A stretch of 64,000 nucleotides of DNA from Nitrosopumilaceae archaeon (GCA_965200155.1 CBDATR010000024.1:256001-320000); one strand, 5' to 3'; shown: positions 1 through 11,095, numbered from the stretch's first letter. Numbers and translations: made by a program. Notes: generated by a model from the letters alone, not told the origin.

Positions 1-935
1 GGCCTTGGTATCGCGAGAACCATGAACAATCTATCATTCCCGGGACATGCGCTCATTCAAAATCTTTGAGCGCACCAATAAAAGAACGAGGCCGGGAGAA
101 CGCAAATTTGAGATTCATATCAACATACGAGTGAAACAACCAAAACATGTCAAGACCGATGTCATTCGCGGTGGCTGTCACGGCAGATACCAATGATAGA
201 ACAGCAGTACATAACATGAGGCATCGCGGGATATTACGGGAGAACCGTTACCTCCAGAGCATTAAATCTCAAAAGGGTAAGCGCAGGAAGCGAGAGATCG
301 AGAAGAAAATCATTCAATTACTACAGAAACATAGCTAACGACTCCATGAATAGAATAGTCCATGTCATCACCAAAGGTGTAGACAAGGTGGTCGTCGAAA
401 ACCTGTCGGTTACAGGAATGACTGCTCACGGGGAGAACCGCAAGAGAACAATGAATCGAATGATGTGCGATAACCGCGCTGGCACATTCTTGCACAAGCT
501 GAAGCAGAAATGTGGTATGAGTTCACGTCTTCCGGAATCTTATGCACAAATCACATTAACTGTCGCGATCAGTTATGCGTAAATTTAGACACAGGTGAAC
601 TCATACGAAATGTGAGATACTGGGAGTGGAACGGGAGGTCATACGTGCGCAGTATAACAGCCAGACCTGTCATGTGGGCACCATTCCAGAGAACCACGTT
701 TAACTAGGGATGTATTCAGATGCACCCGATGTAACCAGGAGAGTGACGCGGACATTAATGCCGCGTACAGTAACCGGTTTCCTTGCACGGGGTGGCAGAG
801 CGTGTCGTCCGGAGGCGTCAAGGCGGGAATAATGGTGACAAGCCAAAACCATGTACCGTTCAGGAACGAGGGTAGCGCGCGGCGAGCCAACTAGGCGCCA
901 TAAAAATCATAGTCAAAGACTTATGGTGACTGCTA
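1..935 (+). pseudogene. tnpB: TnpB (RuvC) pseudogene, copy 1 of TIR-bounded element, truncated by window edge; right TIR ends at 935
   Basis: Fragments VVVENL (RuvC II), YNSQTCH, FRCTRCNQESDADINAA (Zn finger/RuvC III) across frameshifts; ends in caaagacttatggtgactgcta followed by TA. Confidence 0.8.
515..606 (+). mobile_element. 92-bp MITE (IS66-type ends), copy 1
   Basis: TIR GTATGAGTTCAC/GTGAACTCATAC; 8-bp TSD gaaatgtg at 507-514 and 607-614. Confidence 0.95.
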
Positions 936-1721
936 TAATACGTGTGTACTTGACTGATGTCGACGTGAAGATCTGACAATGGCTGCAGCTGCGGCCCCGG
1001 CATATATACCGCCATCTATATTCACAACAGTAAGACCCAAGGCACAACTCTGTAACATGGAACCCAGTGCAGATACTCCTCCCGCACCATAGCCATACCC
1101 CACAGATACAGGTATGCCTATTACTGGAATACTGAGCATGGACGTCGCTACTGTAGCCAGTGCACCCTCCATTCCGGCCGCAACCACGACACAGTCTGCA
1201 TCTTTATCCACAATCTCCTGGAGGGCCGATAGTGTTCGGTGAAGTCCTGCCACACCTACATCATATCTACACAATACATCACAACCCATAGCAACACACA
1301 TGAGTCTCACTTCCTCAGCCACAGGTATATCCGAGGTTCCGCCGGTAAGAATTCCTATTAACCCACCGCAAGTGGCAGGCTTGTCATTATATACCAGTAT
1401 GGTGGAGCAGTTGCGCCCGGTCTCCACACATAACCCCAAACTCATGGCAAACTCTACTACATCATCGTAATGATCTTTGCAAATTCTAGATACTACCAGA
1501 GGATCATCACGTGGATATTCCTCCATTATTGACTTGATATCAGCCAACTGCTTGGATTCAGCAAAAAGTACCTCCGGGATATTTCTACGACGGGCCCTAC
1601 CCAGATCTAACCTAGCCATGTTCTTTATGTTCTCAATAGAATGTAATGACAGCATCTTTTTTGCTTCTTCAACGGTAACATTGCCAGACTGGAGTGATCT
1701 GAGTATATGATCCAGTTCCAA
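933..1721 (-). CDS. larB: Nickel-pincer cofactor biosynthesis protein LarB (AIR carboxylase-like)
   Basis: GTSDIPVAEE, DVGVAGLHR, AGMEGAL, PVSVGYG and VVNIDGG motifs. Confidence 0.92.
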   Translation of the reverse strand: MELDHILRSLQSGNVTVEEAKKMLSLHSIENIKNMARLDLGRARRRNIPEVLFAESKQLADIKSIMEEYPRDDPLVVSRICKDHYDDVVEFAMSLGLCVETGRNCSTILVYNDKPATCGGLIGILTGGTSDIPVAEEVRLMCVAMGCDVLCRYDVGVAGLHRTLSALQEIVDKDADCVVVAAGMEGALATVATSMLSIPVIGIPVSVGYGYGAGGVSALGSMLQSCALGLTVVNIDGGIYAGAAAAAIVRSSRRHQSSTHVL

Positions 1722-1723
1722 GG

Positions 1724-2638
1724 TTATAACGACAGTGTGGACAGAGCAGATTTGATGTTTGAGGCACCTGTATCAAACATCTTGCGTTCATCCTCGTCGA
1801 GATCAAGTTCCACTATTTTTTCAACGCCCTGTCGTCCAATGACAGCAGGAACGCCAATACAGATATCACCATGACCATACTCGCCATCCAAGTATGTGGA
1901 TACCGGTATCACAGAATGTTGATCTTTCATTATTGCATTAACTATTGTTGCCACCGCGTTGCCAGGGGCATGTACTGTGGCCCCCTTCAGTTTGATCACC
2001 TGTGCAGCCACTCCCCTAGTACTTGCTACCAAACTGTTCATCTCATCTTTGGATAATAAGTCACTAATGGGAATGCCAGAGACCGTACTGAAACGCGGCA
2101 ATGGCAACATTCCTTCACCGTGCTCACCTATCACCAAAGCACGTATGTCATTTCTGGAAAATCCTACCGACTCGTGTATGAATTGACGAAATCTGGAGAG
2201 ATCAAGCATGTTTCCCATACCAACTATGCGATTTCGGTTAAACCCCGAAACCTTGTACGCTACATATGCCATAGGATCCAGAGGATTTGTAACGGGTACA
2301 AGTATGGAATCTGGCGCATTTTTAGCCACCTCCCCCACCACACTCTTTACTATTGTCGTGTTTATCTTTAGTAAGTCCATGCGTGTCATGCCAGGTTTTC
2401 TTCCGGAACCGGCAACAACAACCACTACATCAGAGCCCTTCATATCAGAGTAATCGTTCGAGCCATATACCTCCACGTCTATTCCAAGCTCAGAGAGAGC
2501 ATGGTTGATGTCCATGGCTTCACCCTGAGGCAGTCCTTCAACCACGTCCAGTAAAAGGATTTTTGAGTCTGCTCCTCTCAGGGCTGAGAATAGGGCCGCA
2601 TCACCACCCACCTTGCCAGATCCTATTATGGTTAGCAT
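1724..2638 (-). CDS. mdh: Malate dehydrogenase (LDH-like)
   Basis: GSGKVG Rossmann motif, [19 protein letters not shown] and GEHG. Confidence 0.95.
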   Translation of the reverse strand: MLTIIGSGKVGGDAALFSALRGADSKILLLDVVEGLPQGEAMDINHALSELGIDVEVYGSNDYSDMKGSDVVVVVAGSGRKPGMTRMDLLKINTTIVKSVVGEVAKNAPDSILVPVTNPLDPMAYVAYKVSGFNRNRIVGMGNMLDLSRFRQFIHESVGFSRNDIRALVIGEHGEGMLPLPRFSTVSGIPISDLLSKDEMNSLVASTRGVAAQVIKLKGATVHAPGNAVATIVNAIMKDQHSVIPVSTYLDGEYGHGDICIGVPAVIGRQGVEKIVELDLDEDERKMFDTGASNIKSALSTLSL

Positions 2639-2879
2639 GAATCATGGTGAAAAAGAATATGTAATTAAATCTAATGAAGACGAAAATAATCGCTTTGGTC
2701 GCTCCAAGCCACAGTTATAGCGGTCACCATAAGTCTTTGAGAACATGGCACCTCGTTCCTGGACAGTACCTGGCTTTGGCTTGTCACCATTATTCCCGCC
2801 CTGACGCCTCCGGTTGGTCGGGAAATGGTGCCCCACCCCCGGACGACACGCTCTGCCACTCCTACAGGGAAACCGGTTA

Positions 2880-3925
2880 CTAAACGCCGCGTTGATATCG
2901 GCGTGAAATTCCTGGTTACATATTGAATGTGTCCCTAGTTGATCGTGACTTGTTGCCAACGTGTCCACACACGTGATAGGTCTGGCTCGTTGGGCGGGTA
3001 AACCGCCCCCTCGTGTATCTCGCTGGCACAGCCACCAATTCAATCCCCAGTGCCTCGCACTTTTGTACTACTTTCCGGCGGAACTAGCCTACCCGGTTCT
3101 CACGCATGGAGCGGTTCATTGTTCTTTTCCGGTTCCCGCCATGACTGGTCATTCGCTTTCGGTGATAAATCCTCTAGTATTACCTTGTCCACACCTTCGG
3201 TGACCGCGCGGACTACTCTATTCATGGAGTCGTTCGCGATATTATTCGCTTTCTGTCGTAGTTGAATGATTTTCTTCTCAATCTTTCGCTTCCTGCGCTT
3301 ACCTTTTCGCGTTCTAATACTCTGGAGTGCGCTAATCTCCCGTAATATGGAACAATGTCTCATGTTGGGAATCATCGTTCTGCCATTCGTGTCAGCTGTT
3401 ACATCTAGATGTTTCCTGCCGACACCCACGCCGCGAACAACGCCGGTCGATGGTTTCTCCCGTATATTGATGTGAATCTCGAATTGACGCTCCCTACTAT
3501 TGGTTACTTGTTCCACTAGAATGAGCGTATGTCCCAAGAATGATCGATTGGTTTGGTTGTTCTCACCACACCAAAACCGCACAGGTTCAACTCTAACTCA
3601 CCGCGGCGGATTGGTGGTCTTACACATGATAGTATGATCTGTCACGCCGGTGTGGTATGTAATTAGAATGATCCTCGTACGCGCGCCTGCACGCGACAGA
3701 CGCCTGTAGTATGGCACCCCAGCCATAGTTAGCTTGTAACTCACGCACCCATTCAATATCACGGCGCCACTTTGTCAATTCCAGGAACAAACAATTCTTG
3801 TTGGACGGGTAAACCGTCCCCTGATAGCCGTTCTAGAACGCGGTAGCTGATTCACGTATAATGAAACGCCCTTCATTAGGCCATATGGTGATCTTGAACT
3901 GTTTTTGACCTTGGCCGGATCATGT
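2880..3925 (-). pseudogene. tnpB: TnpB pseudogene copy 2
   Basis: VILEDL and HADINAA motifs, frameshifts; RuvC I Asp replaced (RGVGVG); boundaries approximate. Confidence 0.8.
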
Positions 3926-4861
3926 CAATAGTACGAAAAGTAAGTCCGCTCAGGATCCGGCGTACAGTAGCTGACTATTTCATTGCACAAGCCATATGGT
4001 AAAGAGAATAACAGAGGAATCAAGACAAAAGAGGCGTTGCCACAACCAACATAGCTCAAGACCTGAAACAAGACACGTACGAAGATTGTGAACCAGAGAA
4101 CGGGAACGACTCGAGTAAAGATGGGCAGGCCCATGATACCAATCACCGCCACCCAGATACGAATGGTAACTGAAACATACGGCAAGGATCCCGCCGGAGT
4201 AGTACGTATTGCAAAGAGGCTTTAGACAGAATTACAATATATCGCGCAGTATATCGCATAATGAAAAAGAACGGTACGGCAGGATCATCACCTGCAAAGT
4301 CAGAGTGGGTACGCTATGAGCGTAAATATTCCAATGCAATGTGGCACTGGCATGTAATGAAAGATGAGCGCTTCAGGGGACTGAATCTCATAGATGATGC
4401 ATCCAGGTGCATCGTCGGGGCGGCACTATTCTAGCATACAACCTCAGAGAACGCCACTCTACTGAGATTGGCAATGAAACGATTCGGTGCCCCTGCATCT
4501 TGGATAACGGCGCGTGTTTCGTAGGACAATAAAAGGGAAAAAAGAACTGGAAACCCACTATTCTAGGAAGAACTGCTGGATCAAGACATCATACTAATCA
4601 ATTCCAGGCCATACCACCCGCAGACAAATGGCAAACTGGAGCGCTTCCATGGAATGATTGAGGACGAGATTTGGCATTATGACAGTCTCCGGGATTATGT
4701 TGACTACTACAATGAGAGAAGATTGCACTTCTCACTGGATATAGATAACGGCGAAACACCACTCCAGGAATAAAAAGGCGACCCAGACAATTAGGACAAA
4801 TGATGAAAAATGGATGGAGCGAGATACCAATGACTAGCGGACCGACTTTTCATATATTACA
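3923..4861 (+). mobile_element. IS481-family remnant (integrase core pseudogene), copy A
   Basis: TGT...ACA ends with imperfect ~26-bp TIR (gaaaagt..gtccgct); translated fragments DDASR, DNGA, SRPYHPQTNGKLERFH and YYNERRLH. Confidence 0.85.
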
Positions 4862-5269
4862 TGTCATAGTGATTACTAACTTGGATCCAAGCATTAACAT
4901 CTGAGATTTTTTAAACAAACTTTATGGTATTCACCGACAATGCCAAGTACGTCCAGCGGAAGGCTATTTGGCTTTGATCATGCGTGGAATTGAAAAGGCC
5001 AACCATAAAGGAGGGTGCTCCCTACCAGTATGCTGTGGGCATGTTACATGACACTGAGAATGGCATTAGGTATGAGATACAGGCAGGTATCCGGATTCCT
5101 TGCAGGACTACTAGAAGGGCACCAAACCCCGCACTACTCCACAATATACAGACACGGAAAAGATCTTGACATCGACAAGGGGAATGACATGATTGTCGGC
5201 ACAGACAAAAAGCTGACGAGAGCCATGATTGTTGACTCGGCCGGCCTTGAATCGTGGCGAGTGGATTAG

Positions 5270-5361
5270 GTATGAGTTCACGTCTTCCGGAATCTTGTAC
5301 ACAAATCACATTAACTGTCGCGATCAGTTGTGCGTAAATTTAGACACAGGTGAACTCATAC
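5270..5361 (+). mobile_element. 92-bp MITE copy 2
   Basis: 12-bp TIR; TSD tggattag. Confidence 0.95.
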
Positions 5362-5548
5362 TGGATTAGTGCCAAATGGAAAAAGAAGCGCGGATTCATC
5401 AGTGCTCGCGGACTAGGAGAGCATATGCATTTACGGTTACCGGCGAGTGGGTTGGGAATACGCGCATGTTAATCAATGCAGTACTGGGCTCGTATGCAGA
5501 AGAGCCACAACTGGACAGGAAGCACACCCGGGAATTGGAAAGTTCCGG

Positions 5549-5640
5549 GTATGAGTTCACGTCTTCCGGAATCTTATACACAAATCACATTAACTGTCGC
5601 GATCAGTTATGCGTAAATTTAGACACAGGTGAACTCATAC
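5549..5640 (+). mobile_element. 92-bp MITE copy 3
   Basis: 12-bp TIR; TSD agttccgg. Confidence 0.95.
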
Positions 5641-6398
5641 AGTTCCGGACCCATTGCAACAGTTGCCATCTCTGGCAGGACCAACAGATAAGCCACCACC
5701 CGTAAACGCGCTGACTAACGGTGTGTCCCCCTTTACCGAATAATTATGAGAAGCGCGCATTTAATCTGGAATTACTTGCAGATGACGCATACGCGTCCAG
5801 GGATAACATGAAATTGTGCAGTGATAATCGAATCCGGACAACCATTCCACTTCAGATAAATTCCACCAAAGGAAAGGCGACTCATGGGGACTTGCAGCCT
5901 TGGAGGAAGTCCGGAATCGTCCATTTTCCGCCTTTCTGATTAGGAAAAGGCCAAAAACAAGCAGTGCTGGAAAGCGGCAAAAGGGTACAACAGGCGATGG
6001 ATAATCGAGATAATCATAGAGCCGGTTCCCGTTCAAACGATTATTCGGGCACGGATTAATGGCGCGGAAATGGGATAACATACGAGTACAACGAGTGGGT
6101 GGACGCGGCAGCAACGTAGATTACGACATGGGGAATCCGTATTCAGTCAGAGTCAGTTATGTAACAAACTCATACCCGGCAAAGACTTATGGTGGGCGCT
6201 ATACACAATGCTTGCGCCGCAATGACAAGTTGGCGCATATGGGGGGCCGCTCCATATACCGCAAGTAAATTTGGGGTAGCGCACTCAAACATACCACCGA
6301 GCTTGCTAGACCCATTTCACAAGTGTACACCTCAATCGGTGATGACTAAAACGGTGACATAGATGAGCCTTATATGACAATGTGGTGATTTTTCCCAT

Positions 6399-6929
6399 AT
6401 GGTCAAGATAGAGGACAGAGAGGCTATCGCAAACTTGGAAGCCGCATTGTATGCCGCGGGCAGGCCGCTGATCATGGACGAATTAGTACGTGCATCGGGA
6501 ACAGGATCAAAAATGCGCACCGCGACACTCTTAACTGAGCTCATTCGCAGAACCAAAAAGGCGCTACATGCCATAGAGATAGCAACATTATCAGATGGAT
6601 CCTATGTACTGCAATTGAAACCCCAGTATGCCGGAACTGTACGCCGTTTTGCATCAAAACCGTTGCTACCTCAGGCAACGCTGAGAACACTCTCATACAT
6701 AGCATACATGCAACCGGTATCATCAAGGCAGATGGTAGAGACAAGAGGGACAGGTGTATATGCGCACATACGGGATCTGGAGCACATGGACTTTATCAGG
6801 GGAGAGAAGGCAGGAAGGCTCAAGGTGTATACCACCACAAAGAAGCTTGCCAAATATTTTGGAATACAGGACAATCCGGATGACATCAGGAGCCTCCTTC
6901 TAGGAAAAATGACAAGAAAAGCAAACTAG
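6399..6929 (+). CDS. scpB: SMC-Scp complex subunit ScpB
   Basis: LEAALYAAGRPL, TLSYIAYMQPV, RG and Y-TT-K-F-YFG pattern. Confidence 0.9.
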   Translation: MVKIEDREAIANLEAALYAAGRPLIMDELVRASGTGSKMRTATLLTELIRRTKKALHAIEIATLSDGSYVLQLKPQYAGTVRRFASKPLLPQATLRTLSYIAYMQPVSSRQMVETRGTGVYAHIRDLEHMDFIRGEKAGRLKVYTTTKKLAKYFGIQDNPDDIRSLLLGKMTRKAN

Positions 6930-7193
6930 ATGTATCATATTTCCAGATGTGGCAGCAGAGTAATAAAATCACAAGAATGCAGGACATGTGACAGCAGAGC
7001 CAGGTCTTAGCACGACCCCAACCATAGCTGGTTCCACAGTTCTGCGGCATGCATCATCTGTGGAATTTACTACTCATAGATTCACAACAATCGTCACATT
7101 AATGGAAGCAAATGGCGCACGCGCATACATATGGGAGCCCGACTCTTGGCATCACTTGCCAGAATTTATATGAATTTGGGTCACAGAGGGCTC

Positions 7194-8408
7194 ATGGTGT
7201 TGATAGTGGATCCGCGTGGGGCGGGAATTTCAGGAGATATGATTCTATCTGCCCTGGTCGATTTGGGCGCGGATGGAGATCTCCTAATAAATGACATTCA
7301 GGAGTGCGCCCAATTTCTTCCAGAGTCTGTCATAAATGATATGTCGTTCAAAAAGACCATCAGAGGCGGCATAGAGTGTACAGAACTGGTGTTGGATACA
7401 AAAGACCCTGATTCGCGTCCGGCAGCAGACATGCTAAGAGCAATACAGAGATCTACAGAGCACATGAATCTCTCAGAAGCAGCTGCCGAGTTTGCCCACC
7501 GCAGTATAACATACCTAATAGACGCCGAGTCCAAAATACACGGCACAACACCAACTTCTGCCCACTTGCACGAAGCAGCTTCGCTGGATACCCTGGTGGA
7601 CATAATGGGAACCGCCACAACCCTAGACCGCATGGGTGTATTTACTGATGTGATAGAGACGACTCCGGTTAACGTAGGGAGTGGCACCGTAACCTTCTCT
7701 CACGGAACGTTTCCCAACCCAGCCCCGGCAACTCTTGAGATACTTCGTGCGGCAAATTTTCCAATAATTGGCAGTGGTATAGACAATGAGACGGCCACAC
7801 CTACAGGCGTCTGCATACTGGCGGGTATGCAGGCAACTCCCATCCCATACTATTCACAGACAGCCATCACAAACGTGGGGTATGGAGCAGGATCAAGAGA
7901 GTATGCCAACTGTGCCAACTTACTTACCATAGCACAGGGTGAGGAAGCAGGATTGAATCAGGATACCATAGGCATTTTGGAGACCAACATAGATGATGCC
8001 ACCGGCGAGATGTTGGGCGAAACCATATCCGCAGTCATGGAAAAAGGTGCCCTGGATGCGTCCATATACACGGGCACAGGTAAAAAAGGCCGCCCCACAA
8101 GCCTTGTAAGAGTACTGTGTCATCCACAAAAAATTCGGGACATTACAGATACCATGATAGTGTACACAGAAACACTGGGAATACGCGTATCCACAACAAA
8201 GAGGTATACAGTTAACCGTGAAATGCGCGCCTGTAACGTGCAAATACGCGGTAAACCATATTCAGTACGATACAAAATACACACCCATCACGGCTTACAG
8301 GACTTTAAGATAGAGTTTGACGACATAACATTCGTGGCACGGGATACAGGCATGACTATAACTCAGTCTGAGAGAATACTGCGAAGGGGAATAGAGGATG
8401 CTCGGTAG
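7194..8408 (+). CDS. larC: Nickel insertion protein LarC
   Basis: GISGDM, AESKIHG, HLHE, HG..P.PAPAT, TPTG, ETNIDD and KKGRP motifs; start chosen at MVLIVDP. Confidence 0.92.
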   Translation: MVLIVDPRGAGISGDMILSALVDLGADGDLLINDIQECAQFLPESVINDMSFKKTIRGGIECTELVLDTKDPDSRPAADMLRAIQRSTEHMNLSEAAAEFAHRSITYLIDAESKIHGTTPTSAHLHEAASLDTLVDIMGTATTLDRMGVFTDVIETTPVNVGSGTVTFSHGTFPNPAPATLEILRAANFPIIGSGIDNETATPTGVCILAGMQATPIPYYSQTAITNVGYGAGSREYANCANLLTIAQGEEAGLNQDTIGILETNIDDATGEMLGETISAVMEKGALDASIYTGTGKKGRPTSLVRVLCHPQKIRDITDTMIVYTETLGIRVSTTKRYTVNREMRACNVQIRGKPYSVRYKIHTHHGLQDFKIEFDDITFVARDTGMTITQSERILRRGIEDAR

Positions 8409-9177
8409 TGTGCAGGATTGGTTTGTCGAAAAAACAGACGCAGTGGTAGCACTCTCAGGTGGAGTAGATAGCGCCCTAGTTGCATATGCAGCTTATAGTG
8501 TCCTGGGCTCCTCGGCCTTGGCAGTAACCGCGGACTATAGTACACTTGCAACCGAGGAGTTGGATTCCGCAAGAAATGTTGCTGCGCAAATAGGCATAGA
8601 ACACCACATCATACAATACAACGAACTGGAAGATACACAATTCACAAAGAACGACTCAGACAGATGCTACCACTGCCGTTCACAGTTGGGAGATCATTTA
8701 CGATCTCTTGCATCCCGCCTTAACTACACTACAATAGTGGATGGTACCAACCTAGACGACACGGGCGATTACAGACCCGGCATCGGGGCCCTGCATGAGC
8801 GGGACATTCAAAGCCCGCTCCTAGAGATGAATATCTCCAAGCGCCAGATACGAGACATGGCAAGGGATGCAGGGCTTTCTGTACATGACCGACCCTCAAA
8901 TTCTTGCCTTGCTTCTCGTATACCATGGGGAGAGCGCATCACGGCGCAGCGTCTTGCGCGTATAGAGATGGGCGAGAGGTATATCAGGCACCACATACCG
9001 CTGGGCAGTCTGCGGGTGCGCGATGTAAGCGGCGGGGCGCGTATAGAGGTAGAGTCAGAGATGATACCACAACTACAGCGCAGTATGCCCCACGTACAGG
9101 CCGCATTACTCCAGCTGGGATTCGCTCATGTAGAGATAGAACCGCAAGGATACAGAACAGGGGGGGCCAATCTTTGA
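8398..9177 (+). CDS. larE: ATP-dependent sulfur transferase LarE
   Basis: SGGVDS PP-loop, RCYHC, DGTNLDD, DYRPG, SCLASR and GYRTG. Confidence 0.92.
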   Translation: MLGSVQDWFVEKTDAVVALSGGVDSALVAYAAYSVLGSSALAVTADYSTLATEELDSARNVAAQIGIEHHIIQYNELEDTQFTKNDSDRCYHCRSQLGDHLRSLASRLNYTTIVDGTNLDDTGDYRPGIGALHERDIQSPLLEMNISKRQIRDMARDAGLSVHDRPSNSCLASRIPWGERITAQRLARIEMGERYIRHHIPLGSLRVRDVSGGARIEVESEMIPQLQRSMPHVQAALLQLGFAHVEIEPQGYRTGGANL

Positions 9178-10322
9178 TATACATGGATAATGCGGCGACC
9201 ACCGTAATACGATCAGAGGTATTACAGACAATGTTGCCGTTTATGCACGAACGGTTGGGCAATCCATCATCCATACACAGAGAGGGTCGCCTAGCGCGCA
9301 AAGCCATAGAGCGTGCACGCGGGCAGGTAGCTGACATGATTAATGTGGACCCTTCCGAAATTGTATTCACGTCAGGCGGTACTGAGTCCAACAACATGGC
9401 CATACGAGGAGCCGCAAGGAGTCATCCGGGAGGACACATAATAACTACAAAAATAGAGCACGATTCAATTCTGAGCCCATGCAAACACCTAGAGAGGGAC
9501 CATACCGTAACATATCTTGAACCAGACACACACGGTAAAATAAGCCCGGAATCATTGATATCGGCCATCACAGATGACACCTGGCTGGTCAGCATAATGA
9601 CCGCTAATAATGAAGTAGGGACAATTCAGTCCATTATACCGCTGGTTCAAGCATGCAAAACGCGCTCCATACTATTCCACACAGACATGGTCCAGGCCGC
9701 AGGAAAGATACCCACAGATGTCCGGAAGATTGGAGTGGATATGGCATCCATATCCGCCCACAAAATAGGCGGTCCAAAAGGGGCGGGTGCGCTGTACGCA
9801 AGGAAGGGCATTCTAGACCCCATTCTACATGGCGGAGGGCAGGAGAGAGGACTGCGTTCAGGAACAGAGAATGTACCAGGCATAGTGGGCTTTGGGGAGG
9901 CATGCAGACTGGCCAAGGCAGAGATAACAGTAAATGAGGACAAGATCAAGCGCCTGCGGGACGATCTTGTACGCAAGATAACCGCAACAATACCGCATGT
10001 AGTACTTAATGGCCATCCTGTATCTAGGCTGCCGGGAAATGCCAATCTTGCATTTCTAGGCGTAAATGGCGAGGATCTCATAATAAAGCTGGACGAGTAC
10101 AATATTGCCGCTTCCACAGGTTCTGCCTGTTCTGTTCACAGGCAAAAAGAGTCCCACGTACTCAGAGCCATGGGTCTGTCTCAGGAAATAATATCCAGCT
10201 CCCTAAGACTTACGTTGGGGCCAGATAATAATGAAAAAGAGGTAGACGCTGTTGTGTCCGCACTGCGCATAATAGTGCCGGAACTGCGTGCCGTCTCCCC
10301 ACTTAGATCAAAATATGGCTAG
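9174..10322 (+). CDS. iscS: Cysteine desulfurase (IscS/NifS)
   Basis: YMDNAATT, FTSGGTESNN, SAHKIGGPKG, GGGQE and STGSAC; likely TTG start overlapping the larE stop. Confidence 0.93.
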   Translation: MIYMDNAATTVIRSEVLQTMLPFMHERLGNPSSIHREGRLARKAIERARGQVADMINVDPSEIVFTSGGTESNNMAIRGAARSHPGGHIITTKIEHDSILSPCKHLERDHTVTYLEPDTHGKISPESLISAITDDTWLVSIMTANNEVGTIQSIIPLVQACKTRSILFHTDMVQAAGKIPTDVRKIGVDMASISAHKIGGPKGAGALYARKGILDPILHGGGQERGLRSGTENVPGIVGFGEACRLAKAEITVNEDKIKRLRDDLVRKITATIPHVVLNGHPVSRLPGNANLAFLGVNGEDLIIKLDEYNIAASTGSACSVHRQKESHVLRAMGLSQEIISSSLRLTLGPDNNEKEVDAVVSALRIIVPELRAVSPLRSKYG

Positions 10323-11095
10323 GCTGTCAGTGTTGTACGCCACCCATATCTCACGGCCAACGTGGCAATTGTTGCCACGGTCATAATTAGCAACACCGTA
10401 CCGAACTCTGGCACCACCATTGTTCCGATTATCATGATTTCGCTGGCCCCCTGTGGGAACTGCACAGTCAGTCTTCGCACCTCACTTCCCCCATCATCGA
10501 TATGTGGAACAGGCAAATTATCTACCAATACAATGTAATCAACATCAACCCCATCATGGGAAGCATCAATATACTCCCGCGGAAGGTCAAGCACCAAGTC
10601 TCCATTTTCTTCGGCGTCAATGGATATGCGCAATGCCAGATTCTCCTGGTCCACTACAATATTTTGCACTGCTCCACCCCATATGGCATACTCAACATCA
10701 AACGTCCCGCCACCATCAGGAACCTCGAACAAAAGCAAGTCATCATCAGTCACGCCACTGGCCACAAAGTCAAATGTGAGCGCCTGACTGCTCTCGCCAT
10801 ACCGAAGCAATATTGTATACTGACCGCTCTCGCTCCACTGGTCACCATTTGTATTAACTATGTACGTATATGTTCCATCCTGAGATACGGGAAACTGATC
10901 TATCTGGACTACGCTACTTTCGGTCTGTACCTTTAGGGTAATCTGCTGATTCGGAAGCGGCGTTACAGTTCCATACACCACCACGAGGTCCCCAAACCGG
11001 TACAGGCCAGCATCGGTATTTACTGTCATGTAATCAGATTGTGCAAATGCTACAGGCAGTGACAGCAATACCAAAGCTGGAAGATACTTTAGCAC
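10319..11095 (-). CDS. PEFG-CTERM sorting domain surface protein
   Basis: N-terminal signal peptide; C-terminal VVPEFG, transmembrane segment and basic tail. Confidence 0.88.
   Translation of the reverse strand: MLKYLPALVLLSLPVAFAQSDYMTVNTDAGLYRFGDLVVVYGTVTPLPNQQITLKVQTESSVVQIDQFPVSQDGTYTYIVNTNGDQWSESGQYTILLRYGESSQALTFDFVASGVTDDDLLLFEVPDGGGTFDVEYAIWGGAVQNIVVDQENLALRISIDAEENGDLVLDLPREYIDASHDGVDVDYIVLVDNLPVPHIDDGGSEVRRLTVQFPQGASEIMIIGTMVVPEFGTVLLIMTVATIATLAVRYGWRTTLTA

Larger units (their letters stand above)
4940..6170 (+). pseudogene. IS5-family (IS903/ISH1-like) transposase pseudogene
   Basis: GAPYQYA, YRQVSGF, PHYSTIYR, IVDSAGL and LLADDAY fragments; right end ttatgtaacaaact resembles an IS903-type TIR; interrupted by two MITEs; left boundary approximate. 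Confidence 0.75.
2718..6201 (-). mobile_element. TIR-bounded TnpB element copy 2, with nested IS481, IS903-like IS and two MITEs
   Basis: TA|tagcggtcaccataagtctttg (2718-2739) ... caaagacttatggtgggcgcta|TA (6180-6201), 20/22 inverted match; 2718-3925 is colinear with 14784-15993. Confidence 0.8.

Noticed and set aside
674-688. gtgggcaccattcca resembling the insert core motif
   Set aside because: Lies in the TnpB Zn-finger coding region with no flanking duplication; probably chance.
510-707. Recurrent peptides YEFTSSGIL...GELI and MYKIPEDVNSY in several short ORFs as a protein family
   Set aside because: They are translations of the MITE; net insertions of 100-109 bp are not multiples of three.
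8904-9173. Long N-terminal extensions on iscS, HAD (45106), hisA (48740), uvrB (22893) and ThiS/ThiF (51985)
   Set aside because: Longest-ORF artefacts, mostly overlapping upstream genes; downstream starts fit family length and translational coupling.
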